This document shows positions 53,309 to 64,000 of a stretch of 64,000 bases of DNA, piece by piece. Source of the stretch: Octopus sinensis (taxonomy: Eukaryota); contig NC_043003.1 of assembly GCF_006345805.1 (NCBI RefSeq), positions 68,510,001 through 68,574,000 on the forward strand. The letters run 5' to 3'. Positions within the stretch are counted from its first letter, which is position 1; every line of letters begins with the position of its first letter. The translations under genes and the position numbers were made by a program. The notes under the pieces are model-generated. The model was not told the DNA's origin. It did no database searches and saw only the letters and a list, made by a program, of their open reading frames with translations.

Positions 53309-54029
53309 CTGTTACGTTTGTGATGGTTGAACATATTTTATTTCGATTTGGAAGTAATTTTGATTGTACAGAGTGAAAGAGATAGGTATAATATTCAGTA
53401 GAGATGCAAACATCAGAATTAAAACGTCATTTTCGTCTTACTTATGAATGGGAAATATTGCTATGGGCATTTTTGTGAATCCATTTTACAAAGACAGCGG
53501 CAAGTTAATTAGAAAGAAAACGAAATTATCTAGAAATCAGACAGTGTCGAAACATTTAGGTAATATTGAGTTTTTGTCACTTGTCTGATGGGAAATTGAC
53601 CAATTATTTCGTCTTGCTTTTAGTATTGTATTGAATAACATTTCATGTTATTTCCCAAACTCTCAGCCCAACATATAACGTTGTTCTTTGGCCGATGTTC
53701 AGCTTGCTAGCGAAAGCGGGTGTCTAATTCAGATTATATATTTTTCGTAAGACATGTCAAAATTCCGAAGTGCATCGGATAAACAATCTTGTGTAACAAT
53801 GGTACGAAATGTTGACAATTGATAACCAAATATAGAATTTCTCTGCTTCTATACACAGTATTGCTTACCAGGTTAGCTTATTTGTTTTCTTATCCACCCA
53901 TCCATCTTCACCCACAACTCTTGGGATGATCTTGGATGCGGGAGGGTAGAGGCAGAGTCTTTACTCACCTCACTCATCATCTCTATTAGTTCCTCTCAAA
54001 AACAAATGTTATCACATTTTCCGGCTGAT

Positions 54030-54195
54030 TAGGATGTTGGTCTTATGATTGTAAGATTGTGGTTCCGATTCCTGGACCGGGTGCTGTGTTCTTCAGCAGA
54101 AAACCTCATTCTGCTTTGTTCCTTCCTGCTCAGCTAGCAAAAATGAGTAATCCTGTGACGTCCCCTGCAGGATGGAAACATACGCCACGGAAAGT
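54030..54195 (+). mobile_element. Degraded CORE/V-like SINE
   Basis: B-box-like GGTTCCGATTCC, CTCAGCTAGCAAAAATGAGTA core and ACATACGCCACGGAAA tail. Confidence 0.6.
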
Positions 54196-55168
54196 GGTTC
54201 TACGCGTCTATGAATCAGGAAACACATTGGTCTGTTCGAAGTTATAACTGAAGGCATTCACCCACAGTGCAACGTTGTGGAATTGGCCTCTAAACCTCAA
54301 AGTTCCACAGCGATCTTCGCAAACACACAACCATGCCTGCGCCAAAAAGCCACACCTCTGTCTACCTTAACTGTTTTACTCTATTAGAATAACTCACGCG
54401 TATATTGCTTTGTTGAAATAAATCACTGTGCTATTTCATAAAACATCGTTTTATAATTAATAATTCTGTAGTGTAAGAACTTTTTTTCCGTAAACCGGAA
54501 TTCGCAAACCAATTTCTAAATGGATTGCAAATCACTTCATATTTCTGATAATTTGCTAACAACCTTAGAAAAATTATGAACGCGACTCACAGTTCTATTT
54601 CGCTTCAACCTGATACATCAATGTAAAAGATAATCAAAATTTCATACTATGATGCAGCAAAACAGTTCGTTTTACATTGATTTACAAACATTGATTTCGC
54701 CTGAAATGCATAATGAAAATCTATGGAAGTTTTTGCAGACAGCTCTAACACAAAATTACAGTAAATGATTATAGGGCTTGATATCTGAAATGTAAAATAT
54801 AGAATAAAAATTCAGATGCTATAGACTTAAAAACATGGAAGATTTTAATTAATGAACACAACCACATAACATTCGATAAATAATTGACGTTGTGTAATAT
54901 CTTCCTCATAATATACAGGATATTTGTCTCATGCTCTAGAACGAAAATCGATGTTAATTGCTTGACCGCCGTATACGTTTGGACGATTTTTTTTTATCAA
55001 AGTAGAAATATCCTTTATGATTTATTTCCAAAGGTGAACAACCACAGTCTGCTGTTTTAGACTTTTACATTTAATTATCATATTAAGTTAAACAACTACA
55101 ACTGAATTTCAATGATTTACTAAAATATTGAAAAGAGAATGCAACGATAGAGCAACTCACCCTCATGT

Positions 55169-55247
<79 letters not shown>

Positions 55248-55358
55248 TACATACATACATACATACATATATACATATATACATACATACATATATGCTC
55301 ACACGTACGCACACATACATACTCACAACAGACCCATATAAGAGTACGTGTGGGTATG

Positions 55359-55427
55359 TATTAAAGTCGGACAGATTTCACAGAGCCTAGTCTTATATAT
55401 ATGTATATTTATATATATATATTATAC

Positions 55428-55487
<60 letters not shown>

Positions 55488-55540
55488 TAAATATACATAT
55501 ATATAAGACTAGGCTCTGTGAAATCTGTCCGACTTTAATA
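55359..55540. repeat. Perfect 56-bp inverted repeat around a 70-bp AT microsatellite
   Basis: 55359-55414 is the exact reverse complement of 55485-55540. Confidence 0.95.
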
Positions 55541-55593
<53 letters not shown>

Positions 55594-55612
55594 TTATACA
55601 TATATATATATG

Positions 55613-58600
55613 TTCATGATGGCCGTCCACTCGTGACCGAGGAAGACCGTTGCTGACCTTTTGGAACATTGTGCGCCCTAGGATTAACTTATATTTTGCA
55701 TTTGCTGATCTGTTGGTGGTTAATGAGCCCTGCTCTTGACAAGCTTACACGACTGCAAACATTACAACCAAGATTTCCCCATTCACTACAGCATCAGTGC
55801 GCTTTCGAGCAGCACGCCTAAATTCTTCATCATGAACACGTGCCCTCTCAAAAGTGTCGACCTCCTCCTTAACCTGCTTCGTCCATCTGTAGCGATGACA
55901 GGCAAAGCTCTCCCAGTCAGTCTCCTGCATATCCCAGGCCTTTAATGATGACTTGACACCGTCCTTAAATCGCAGCCTTGTCTTCTGATGGAGTCTCTTT
56001 CCATTAACAAGTTCCCCATATAGCATCTGCTTAGGGATCCTATTATCCTTCATTTTGATATGGTATCGAGTCCAACGTAAATGGTGCTTGTGCACCATCG
56101 CCTCAATACTCAAGATAACAGCTGTCCTCAGTGCCCATGTGTCTGGAGTTTTTATGGTACCGCCAACATTCAGAATGTGTCTCAGACATCTCTGATGAAA
56201 GTGTTCAACGACGTTTACATGACGTTTGTAAAGGGTTCATGTCTCACATTAGTAAAAGATCGATGTCAGTACACATGCACGGTACACAGAAATTTTTGCT
56301 TGTTTTGTGATGCCATGCTGGGACCAGACACGAAACTGAAGAGGCTGGAAGGAATCAGCTGCTCTCTGCCGCCCGAAAGATATTTCATCATCCAGGGTGC
56401 AAGAACGGCTGAGTGTGCTGCCCAGGAAGACAAACATCTCTACCACTTTCAGAATTGTCCCTTCAACCAAAATAGCAGCATCCACATATGGATTTCCTGG
56501 TGCAGTCTGGAACATTACAAAAGTCTTGTCCAGGCTAATGCTGAGTTCAAATGCCTTGCATGAAGCAGAAATACGATTCATAAGTATTTGCATGCCATCC
56601 ACTTATGAGCGTCATCTGCATAAAGGAAGTCAAGAATAAGAGACTAGAAAACTTTTGAATTGGCAATAAATCGGCGCAGATTATAGACGCGACCAGAAGA
56701 TCGATACCTGACATATATTCCCAGACAGCTAACCTTAGCAAAAATATGACTAAAAGCAGCAGCAATGTACAAAGAAAAGAGAGTTGGAACAAAGATGTCA
56801 CCTTGCTTGACACCCTTCTCTAGAGGAATGAGCGCCAATGATAAGTCTTTTCCATAGCAAGGATAATTTTTTCCATAGCAAGGCCCTATTCCCGGTATCA
56901 AATGCCTTGGTTTTAATCACCGAATGCCCAGACAAGGTCCATATTCTGCTCGTAGCACTTCTCCTGCATCTGTCACTGTGAAAATCATATCCATTGTCCA
57001 TGTACCAGATCGGAAGCCATATTGAGATTCAGATAGGACATCATTTACGAAATAGCCATTCAGGTGGGTAAGAAGAATGTTTGCCAGAAACTTGACAGCT
57101 TCTGATAGTTACCACACATTATTCTGGCTGCTTTTCCTTTATAGAGCGGAAGAATAACTGCACTCTTCTAGTCCTTAGGCATTACACCATCCTTCCAGAC
57201 AACAGCAATAAGTTCATGAAGGGACTTTATGATGTAATCACCAACAAATCGCAAGACTTCAGCAGAAGTTCCATCCCTTCCAGGTCCCCTACCAAGATTC
57301 TATTTACTTATTGATGTCTGTCATTACCTCATCAACTGAGGGCGTGGAATTTAAGGAGCCAATGATAGATATTTGTTGCATAGTATCAATCATTGTTTCA
57401 TCCTCAACTGACTCGTGGTTTAGGACTTCAGAGAAGTGTCCAATTCAACGACCTGTTATTTCTGTTGATTTAGCAAATAAAGTTAACGATTCTTTGGAAA
57501 GTAAAGGAGCTGATGCAGAGCTCTTAACCCCATGAACTTGCTTCATAAGATGGTAAAAGTTCTTACTGTCATTTGCATCAGCAGCAGCCTGAACATCACG
57601 AGCAGGATCCTCCCACCAAGTGTTCTGCATATTCCTGAGAGATTGCTGCAGTGGTGATTTTATACTAATATAGTGGTCAAGTTCTGGATTTCGCTACACA
57701 GACGTAATCCCTCTGTGCAGCAATACATTGTGAGCATGGCGCTTTACAAGCAATAGTCGCTGACCCTAGTATTAATTTTTCAAACTAGTCTCTGAATCTG
57801 GCGGTAGCACATCCCAGTGTTTCAGCAGCATTTTGAAAAATCTGATCTCGAAAATCTGGCCAAGTGAGTCTGGAGCTCTTTCCTCAACACAACATCAAAT
57901 ATTTTGTGGATATTCAGACGCCAAGGAAAGCTGAATGGCCCTCTTCTCTCCTTCACTCTAATAATCACCGGGGACTTTGCTCCCACCAGATTGTGGTCTG
58001 TCCAGCATTCCGATCCATGAAAGGACTTAACATTACAAATGTCATACATCTTAATTTTGCGGATGATAACATAATCCAGCAAGTGCCAAACATTGAACCT
58101 TGGGTGCATCCACGTTCGCTGCATAAAATGCGGTCTAAACTCATCGCAAAGTTCCAGCAACATCAAACACTTACTATTCATTTTCACTACACCAAAACAT
58201 CCTAGAGAGTTCCATGTTTGCCAGTCTCTGCCAACCCTGGTATTGAAATCCCCCAGTAGAATTACTTTATCAGAATTGGAGATTTTCCTAAGTATGGCAT
58301 CCAGCTGGGTATAAAAATTAGTTTTATCTTCATCACAACTAAACAAAGTAGGTGCATAGGTACTTATTAGAGTAGGTAACCGCCCAAATACCAGGTGCAA
58401 TCGTATTCATTAGACGTTCATTTATAGCAACAGGAAGCTCTTTCAAATTCTTAAGGATATCAGATCGCACTGCAAACCAGCACCAGCCTCTATGCGCTCC
58501 TCCAGCCTCTCCTTCCAATAAAAAGGAGTATCCATCTCTTACTTCCTCAAACTAACCATCACCTTCTATACGAGTCTCTGAGAGCATATCAATGTTGTAG

Positions 58601-59005
58601 GGGTTCAGCTCGCGAGCAACAAGTGCAGTGCGTATTTCTGGCTAACAATCGCTCGTGTTATCCAACAGAGTACGCACATTCCAACATGAAACGTTCAATT
58701 TCCATCCAGATTTTTGTAGAGAAACGTCTCTTTATTTTTCGAGCGCATGATGGACATCCGTCAGTCGCGTTAACCTAATCAGATATAGAAAGACAGCCAA
58801 CTGTTGGTTCACACTTTCTAGAACCTTCTTGGCCTCCGGATGAGCAGCGCTCCCTCCAAACGGAGCTGCTCAGACACCCATGCAGCAACTGAATCCTATC
58901 GCAACACGGAGACGATTTTGTATCTAGCATGGACCGCCTAAGTGTAGATTGGTGACTACATGCTTTCAACCGTCAGGTCTGCATGCTTCGCCACCTTTCC
59001 TTCGC
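55613..59005 (-). mobile_element. Near full-length RTE-clade LINE (about 3.4 kb), multiply frameshifted
   Basis: 5'UTR, APE domain (CWNVRTL, SETR, YAPT, LLGDFN, LLDYVI, TDH), RT (GFRSG, KAFD, GVKQGD), LRWTRYHIKMKDNRIPKQMLYGEL and a zinc-finger remnant; ends at (AT)n. Confidence 0.95.
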
Positions 59006-59688
59006 TGCAGGATCTCTAAATAAAAATGAAATAAATATATACTAAAAATAAAGATACATATATACTAAAAATAAAATAAATATATATAGGGAAAACAAAA
59101 ACCAAAAAGCAGTACATACCGAGCAGAGGTCAGAAATGCCGGTTCAGAGTTTTAGGCCAAAAAGTGTTTTACGACACCTCATTGAAACTCTCCTCTCTAT
59201 TGACATTATCCAGAGACAAGCCAGATGCGGGAGCGCCATGATCTCTAACACATACCAAAGATCCCCAAAATATTCAATGCCATTCATTGCATATCTTGTT
59301 TTATATCAGAGTCTCCTTCTTCTAGAGACATGCTTCAACAGAAGTTAAGGGGTGCCTCACTTCCACTTGTCTTCTATGACGCTGGACACCATCCCGAAGT
59401 TTCTGCGTACTCGCGTTACTGCAAGATAGCCTTTGAGCCCGCACTAGGTTCATCCGGCCTTTCTGCAGGTCTTTTTTAAAATCCTGCTGATTTTCTAGCA
59501 ACCCTTCTCACCAGAGTAGCTTGGCTGTGGTGCCGACTTAGTCGACCTTGCAACAGTTTGTGCTGGATTCCATATTACCAGTAGCACTTGTGGGAGTCTC
59601 TCTCTCTCTCTATCTCTCACACACACACACACGTGTGTATCGTTGGCGATTTTCTTTCTCCGTCTTCCCTTCTTTGGAATTTTTCTAT

Positions 59689-59723
59689 ATTTCTGATGAA
59701 GAGCTCTGCTCGAAAGGTGAAAT
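59689..59723 (+). ncRNA. Minimal type I hammerhead motif, probably inactive
   Basis: AUUU-CUGAUGA-A-GAGC[UCU]GCUC-GAAA-GG-UG-AAAU; helix III is non-palindromic and position 17 is G. Confidence 0.5.
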
Positions 59724-59839
59724 CCACTTTCTTTTCTTTCCTTTCCTGAGCATCCAATAACGCTGTACTTATTCGCCGTCCTCGTGTTGTTGTTTTTTCT
59801 TGCTTGTTCATGTTTGGATTGACTATATAACAATAGACG

Positions 59840-60122
59840 TCATGGGCCCGATTTCCCGGTTTCTGTGGCGTATGTGTCCACCCCCACCCCCAGCTGGACG
59901 GGACGCCAGTCCATCGCAGCGTTACTCAAGAAACAAGTAGAGAGAGTGAGAGAAAGTTGTGGAGAAAGAGTACAACAGGAGACGCCACCAACCCCTGCCA
60001 AGCCCCGTGGAGATTTTATGTGTTTTCGCTCAATACATACACAGAACGCCCGGTCTGGGAATTGAAACCGCGATCCTCCGGCCGCGAGTCTACTGCCCTA
60101 AGCACCGGGCCATTGCGCCTCT
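59840..60122 (-). mobile_element. tRNA-derived SINE family D with V-like tail
   Basis: Head AGGCGCAATGGCCC.GTG.TTAGGGCAG..GGTTTCAATTCCC; body matches 61763-61870 and tail matches 17243. Confidence 0.8.
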
Positions 60123-60126
60123 GATT

Positions 60127-60253
<127 letters not shown>

Positions 60254-60254
60254 T

Positions 60255-60327
60255 TTTATTTTATAGAAGGAGCTTCTACAGGACTAGAACAGTTCTAGTC
60301 CTGTAGAAGCTCCTTCTATAAAATAAA
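60255..60327. repeat. Perfect 36-bp palindrome with a 1-nt spacer
   Basis: TTTATTTTATAGAAGGAGCTTCTACAGGACTAGAAC-A-GTTCTAGTCCTGTAGAAGCTCCTTCTATAAAATAAA. Confidence 0.95.
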
Positions 60328-61216
60328 TTAATTTACTCTGCTATGTATTGAGTACCTTATTTACTATGGTTAACCCCGACTCAACCCGGGACCTACATAT
60401 ATATATATATATTCATACAAACATATTCCATTGGAGAAGACTTTAATCTAGGTTAGAAACCGGCTCTTTCTCTGTTGGCAAGAAATCTTGAATAATGACA
60501 CATACAAACATACATACATACATACATACATTTATATGTATGTGTAATCAGTTTATTGTTTAACTAATTTCTTCGTTCGATTCTTCTGTAATCTCAGACA
60601 GTGTGAGGATGTATAGCCAAAGTGATGCGTCATTTTTCAGCAGTTTACAGACAAAACTAATTCCTTTGATATAGTGACAGACAAAATACTATTATATCCA
60701 AAATACAAAATAGAGAAACAATGATGAGGAAAAAACATAAAAGAGATAAATACAATTATAATCAAAATACTGAAAAAAGAGTTGGACAAAACAAAATCAT
60801 CGTAAAAAGATCAGGTTGACTATAAATCACAATGTTTTCTTCATGGTCAGATTGTAGGGAAGAAAATGCTAAACAAGATACGTAATAGAATGAAGAATAA
60901 AATTAAGCGTTGAGATATAATAAGCTACGTTTCTATCATGGTGTGATTTCCAATCTGTATCACCCACGAATAAATATTGTACACATACATTCTGCATTCA
61001 TACAATTTATATAATTTTGTACCAAAAAGTAATACCATAATTTATGGAATGGAGTTAGGTTGAGGAAGATAAAGGAGTGAGAATAGAAAATCCGAAATTC
61101 CTTATACATGTAGTAATTAGGAATCGACTTGAGAAGCCAGATATGCCTATAGTAATAGATAAATAGTGTAAGATAATCCATGAAATATATTTACCAAGTT
61201 TGTGTGTGTGAGAGCA

Positions 61217-61257
<41 letters not shown>

Positions 61258-61599
61258 GACAAACAGAGACAGACAGAGAGTGAGTGAGAGAGAGAAAACG
61301 AAAATTGTGAATGTTGTATTTCTGAAAATGCCGCAAAAACTGCTCTGGCATGGTTCGCTAGAATTATTTGGTACCTTATTAATGTTTAACTATCAGATAA
61401 ATTACTAATTCGCTATCTTCGATGGTACATCTTATCTTCAGTATTAACAGTAAAAGCTGGCTTAGAACGCGTTCAGATTTGAATTTAGGCGATAACTTCT
61501 ATTTGTCATCTTTCACTTTTTTCAGCCATTAGACTACGGCTTAGCTGGGCAAAAAATAAGCCTCAGGAATGTTTTTGGAAGGGTGGTGATAATCCCTGG

Positions 61600-61688
61600 T
61601 GTTTAACTTATTGATCTTTTTGGCCGAACCTCTAAGTTACAGGGACGTAAACACACCAACGCTGATAGTCAAAAGGTATTGGGGGAAA

Positions 61689-61700
<12 letters not shown>
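61600..61700 (-). mobile_element. SINE family C, 3' fragment
   Basis: GGCCGAACCTCTAAGTTACAGGGACGTAAACACACC is the reverse of the 52630-52690 segment. Confidence 0.65.
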
Positions 61701-61751
<51 letters not shown>

Positions 61752-61762
61752 TATATATATAA

Positions 61763-61995
61763 TTGTGAGTGTTTATTGAGCGAAAACACCTAAAGCTCCA
61801 CCAGGCTCTGGTAGAGGCGGAGTGATCCCTGCTGTACTCTTTCGCCACAAATTTCTCTCAATCTTTCTTCTGTTGGCCTGGTCGCTTAGCCAGCGGGGTG
61901 ACGTCATTTGAAGGCTAAAACAATGCGTAGCGCATTGTGACCAGCGATGTGTAGGAACATCTGATAGCCTGGTCGGGCACGGTGGTCACGGTGAT
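61763..61995 (+). mobile_element. SINE family D, 5'-truncated
   Basis: GTGTTTATTGAGCGAAAACACCTAAAGCTCCAC matches the reverse of 59950-60045. Confidence 0.7.
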
Positions 61996-62042
61996 ATACA
62001 TATATATAAATATATGTATATATATATATATATAATATATAT

Positions 62043-62132
<90 letters not shown>

Positions 62133-62186
62133 ATTTATAGCAGTATAAAATACAATTATAATAAAGGGCAGAGAGGGTAACTAGCA

Positions 62187-62248
62187 TATATGCTGAAAAT
62201 AGACGCTAAATCTTCGAACCAATCTTTAGCGTCTATTTTCAGCATATA
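62187..62248. repeat. Perfect 24-bp hairpin with a 14-nt loop
   Basis: TATATGCTGAAAATAGACGCTAAA / TTTAGCGTCTATTTTCAGCATATA. Confidence 0.95.
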
Positions 62249-62406
62249 GGCATGGTATACTTTGTGACCTTAATTATCATTGTATCTTATACTATTATAA
62301 ATCTCTCTATATGAATTCACCTTAATAGGTCTATATTATATGCTGGCCACTGATAACATTTTTTATGACCTTATCCTTTATTATTATAAATATTCATATA
62401 TATATA

Positions 62407-62557
62407 AACGACGGGCTTCTTTCAGTTTCCGTCTCACAAATCAACTGACCCAAGGCAACAGTAGAATACATTTGCCCGATTTGTCACCCTGTGTGACCGA
62501 ACCTTAAACTATGTGGCTGGGAAGCAAATTTCTTACCACATAGCCACGCCTGCGCCT
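62407..62557 (-). mobile_element. SINE family C, 5' half
   Basis: Reverse complement of 21513-21677 with an internal deletion. Confidence 0.8.
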
Positions 62558-62859
62558 ATAAAGTTTTGAAAATTATCTTATTAATACAACTTTCCACTGA
62601 TTTATTTCTCGTCTTCTTTGAGATAAGCAAAAGATTTGTATGTCAGACCATTTTATAACTGGCGCGGGACCAACTATGATGTGGGGGAGAATATATTTGA
62701 TCATACCTGCCTGAAGATATCACTGGTACTTGATTTATCAATCTGAGAGTTATGAAGACCAAATTCGATACATGTCAGAGACATTTTTGTTGCATTTTCA
62801 AAAATAAAACGTTCACAATTTTCGTTTCCCTGTCTTCTCTCCCTCTCTCTCACGTATTC

Positions 62860-63165
62860 TCTTTCTCTCATTCTGTCAATCTCTTTCTCATTCTCTCTCT
62901 CTTTTTCACTCCCCCATTCTCTTCTATTTTTGTCTCTCTCATTCTCTCTTTTTCTCTCCCTCAGTCTGTTAATCTCTCTATCACATTCTATCTCTCATTC
63001 TGTTAATCTCTCTCTGTCTCTTTCATTCTGTTAATCTCTCACACAATCTCTTTCCCTCATTCTGTTAATCTCTCCGTGTTTCTTTCATTCTATTAATCTC
63101 TCTCTCACACACTCTTTCTCCTTCTCTTTTATCCCCATCTCCCACTCTCTCATTCCGTTAATCAC
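62860..63165. repeat. CT-rich minisatellite with a recurring CATTCTGTTAATCTCTC unit
   Basis: About seven degenerate copies visible. Confidence 0.85.
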
Positions 63166-63329
63166 ATTCCACAGTTGCATATTATACAGACGGTTACATT
63201 ATGGCTGGTAAGCCACATGTAGGAGTCACACTGATAGTGCTATTTTGGTATAAGTTAAGAAAAACGTGAGTCCATTGTGTGTTTAGGTTTACATTCAAAG
63301 AATAGAAAATAGATGTTTAACAACGTTTT

Positions 63330-63447
63330 AAAATTTTGGCACAATGGCAGCAATTTCTTGATGGTGGGAGCTAGTTTTCAACTGGTACTTATTTTATCGA
63401 CCTTAAAAGGATAAAAGGTAAAGACGACCTCGGTGGAATTTGAACCC
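63330..63447 (-). mobile_element. SINE family A fragment
   Basis: ACTGGTACTTATTTTATCGACC..AAAGGATAAAAGGTAAAGACGACCTCGGTGGAATTTGAAC. Confidence 0.7.
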
Positions 63448-64000
63448 ATAAAGCATGTGTCACAGTTAGAGTTTCACGAATATTGGCTGTGTACACATTT
63501 GTATTTGAGTTCTCACTGTCAAAGCACAGGCTTAACAAGTTCTTTGGATTCTGGACATTATTATTTTCAACTCTTAGTTATCAAAGTAATTACTTTTTTC
63601 AAAGACAATTCATATTTCAAACTCATACAGTTTGGTTAATTTGCATTGTCTCATAATTGCATGGCATCTCTTACAGCTCGAAGAATGGATTCTTTGATGT
63701 ATTTCATTCCCTAGAAAACGAAGAATCGATATGATGCATCCAACAAATTTCTCACTACTGGGTGACAAAAACAATCTTTTCTTTTCGGGAAAAATCTCAG
63801 TACTTCCTTTTAACACTCTGAAGCAAATATTGCAAAAGGAATGGATTGTCATGCGAGTCGTTTTAAGTAGGTAAGCAGATTAGAGGTGTAGAGTTAAAAC
63901 TTTTAATAGCTACGCACGTAAGTAGCAAAAGCAATGAAGTTTTACGTTTCTAGGTTTAATGATGTCTTTACAGAAGCTTAGATACTAAGTAGATTTGAGG

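Overview
AT-rich eukaryotic DNA with no confidently callable host gene. It is dominated by microsatellites and decayed transposable elements. The SINE families and microsatellite load look like Octopus (inference from recalled repeat sequences, not a database search). Recognisable elements: a near full-length RTE LINE (55613-59005, -), three further RTE pieces, an L1/Tx1 3' end, a CR1/L2-like RT fragment, RLE-type (R4/Dong-like) fragments, a full-length IR/DR Tc1 element with a disrupted transposase, several mariner derivatives and MITEs, a probable non-autonomous Helitron, and about 25 tRNA-derived SINE copies or fragments. Most predicted ORFs are microsatellite artefacts. The main result is at least seven minimal type I hammerhead ribozyme (HHR) motifs from about six unrelated repeat families, most with a family-specific palindromic helix III; the best formed are at 30090-30139 (-), 44581-44623 (-) and 21420-21460 (+). 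The tail of the tandem-array-forming SINE resembles the sequence just upstream of one HHR, suggesting a link between this SINE and Penelope/retrozyme-type elements. Several perfect fold-back palindromes are also present. All structures were folded by eye and coordinates of decayed repeats are approximate.
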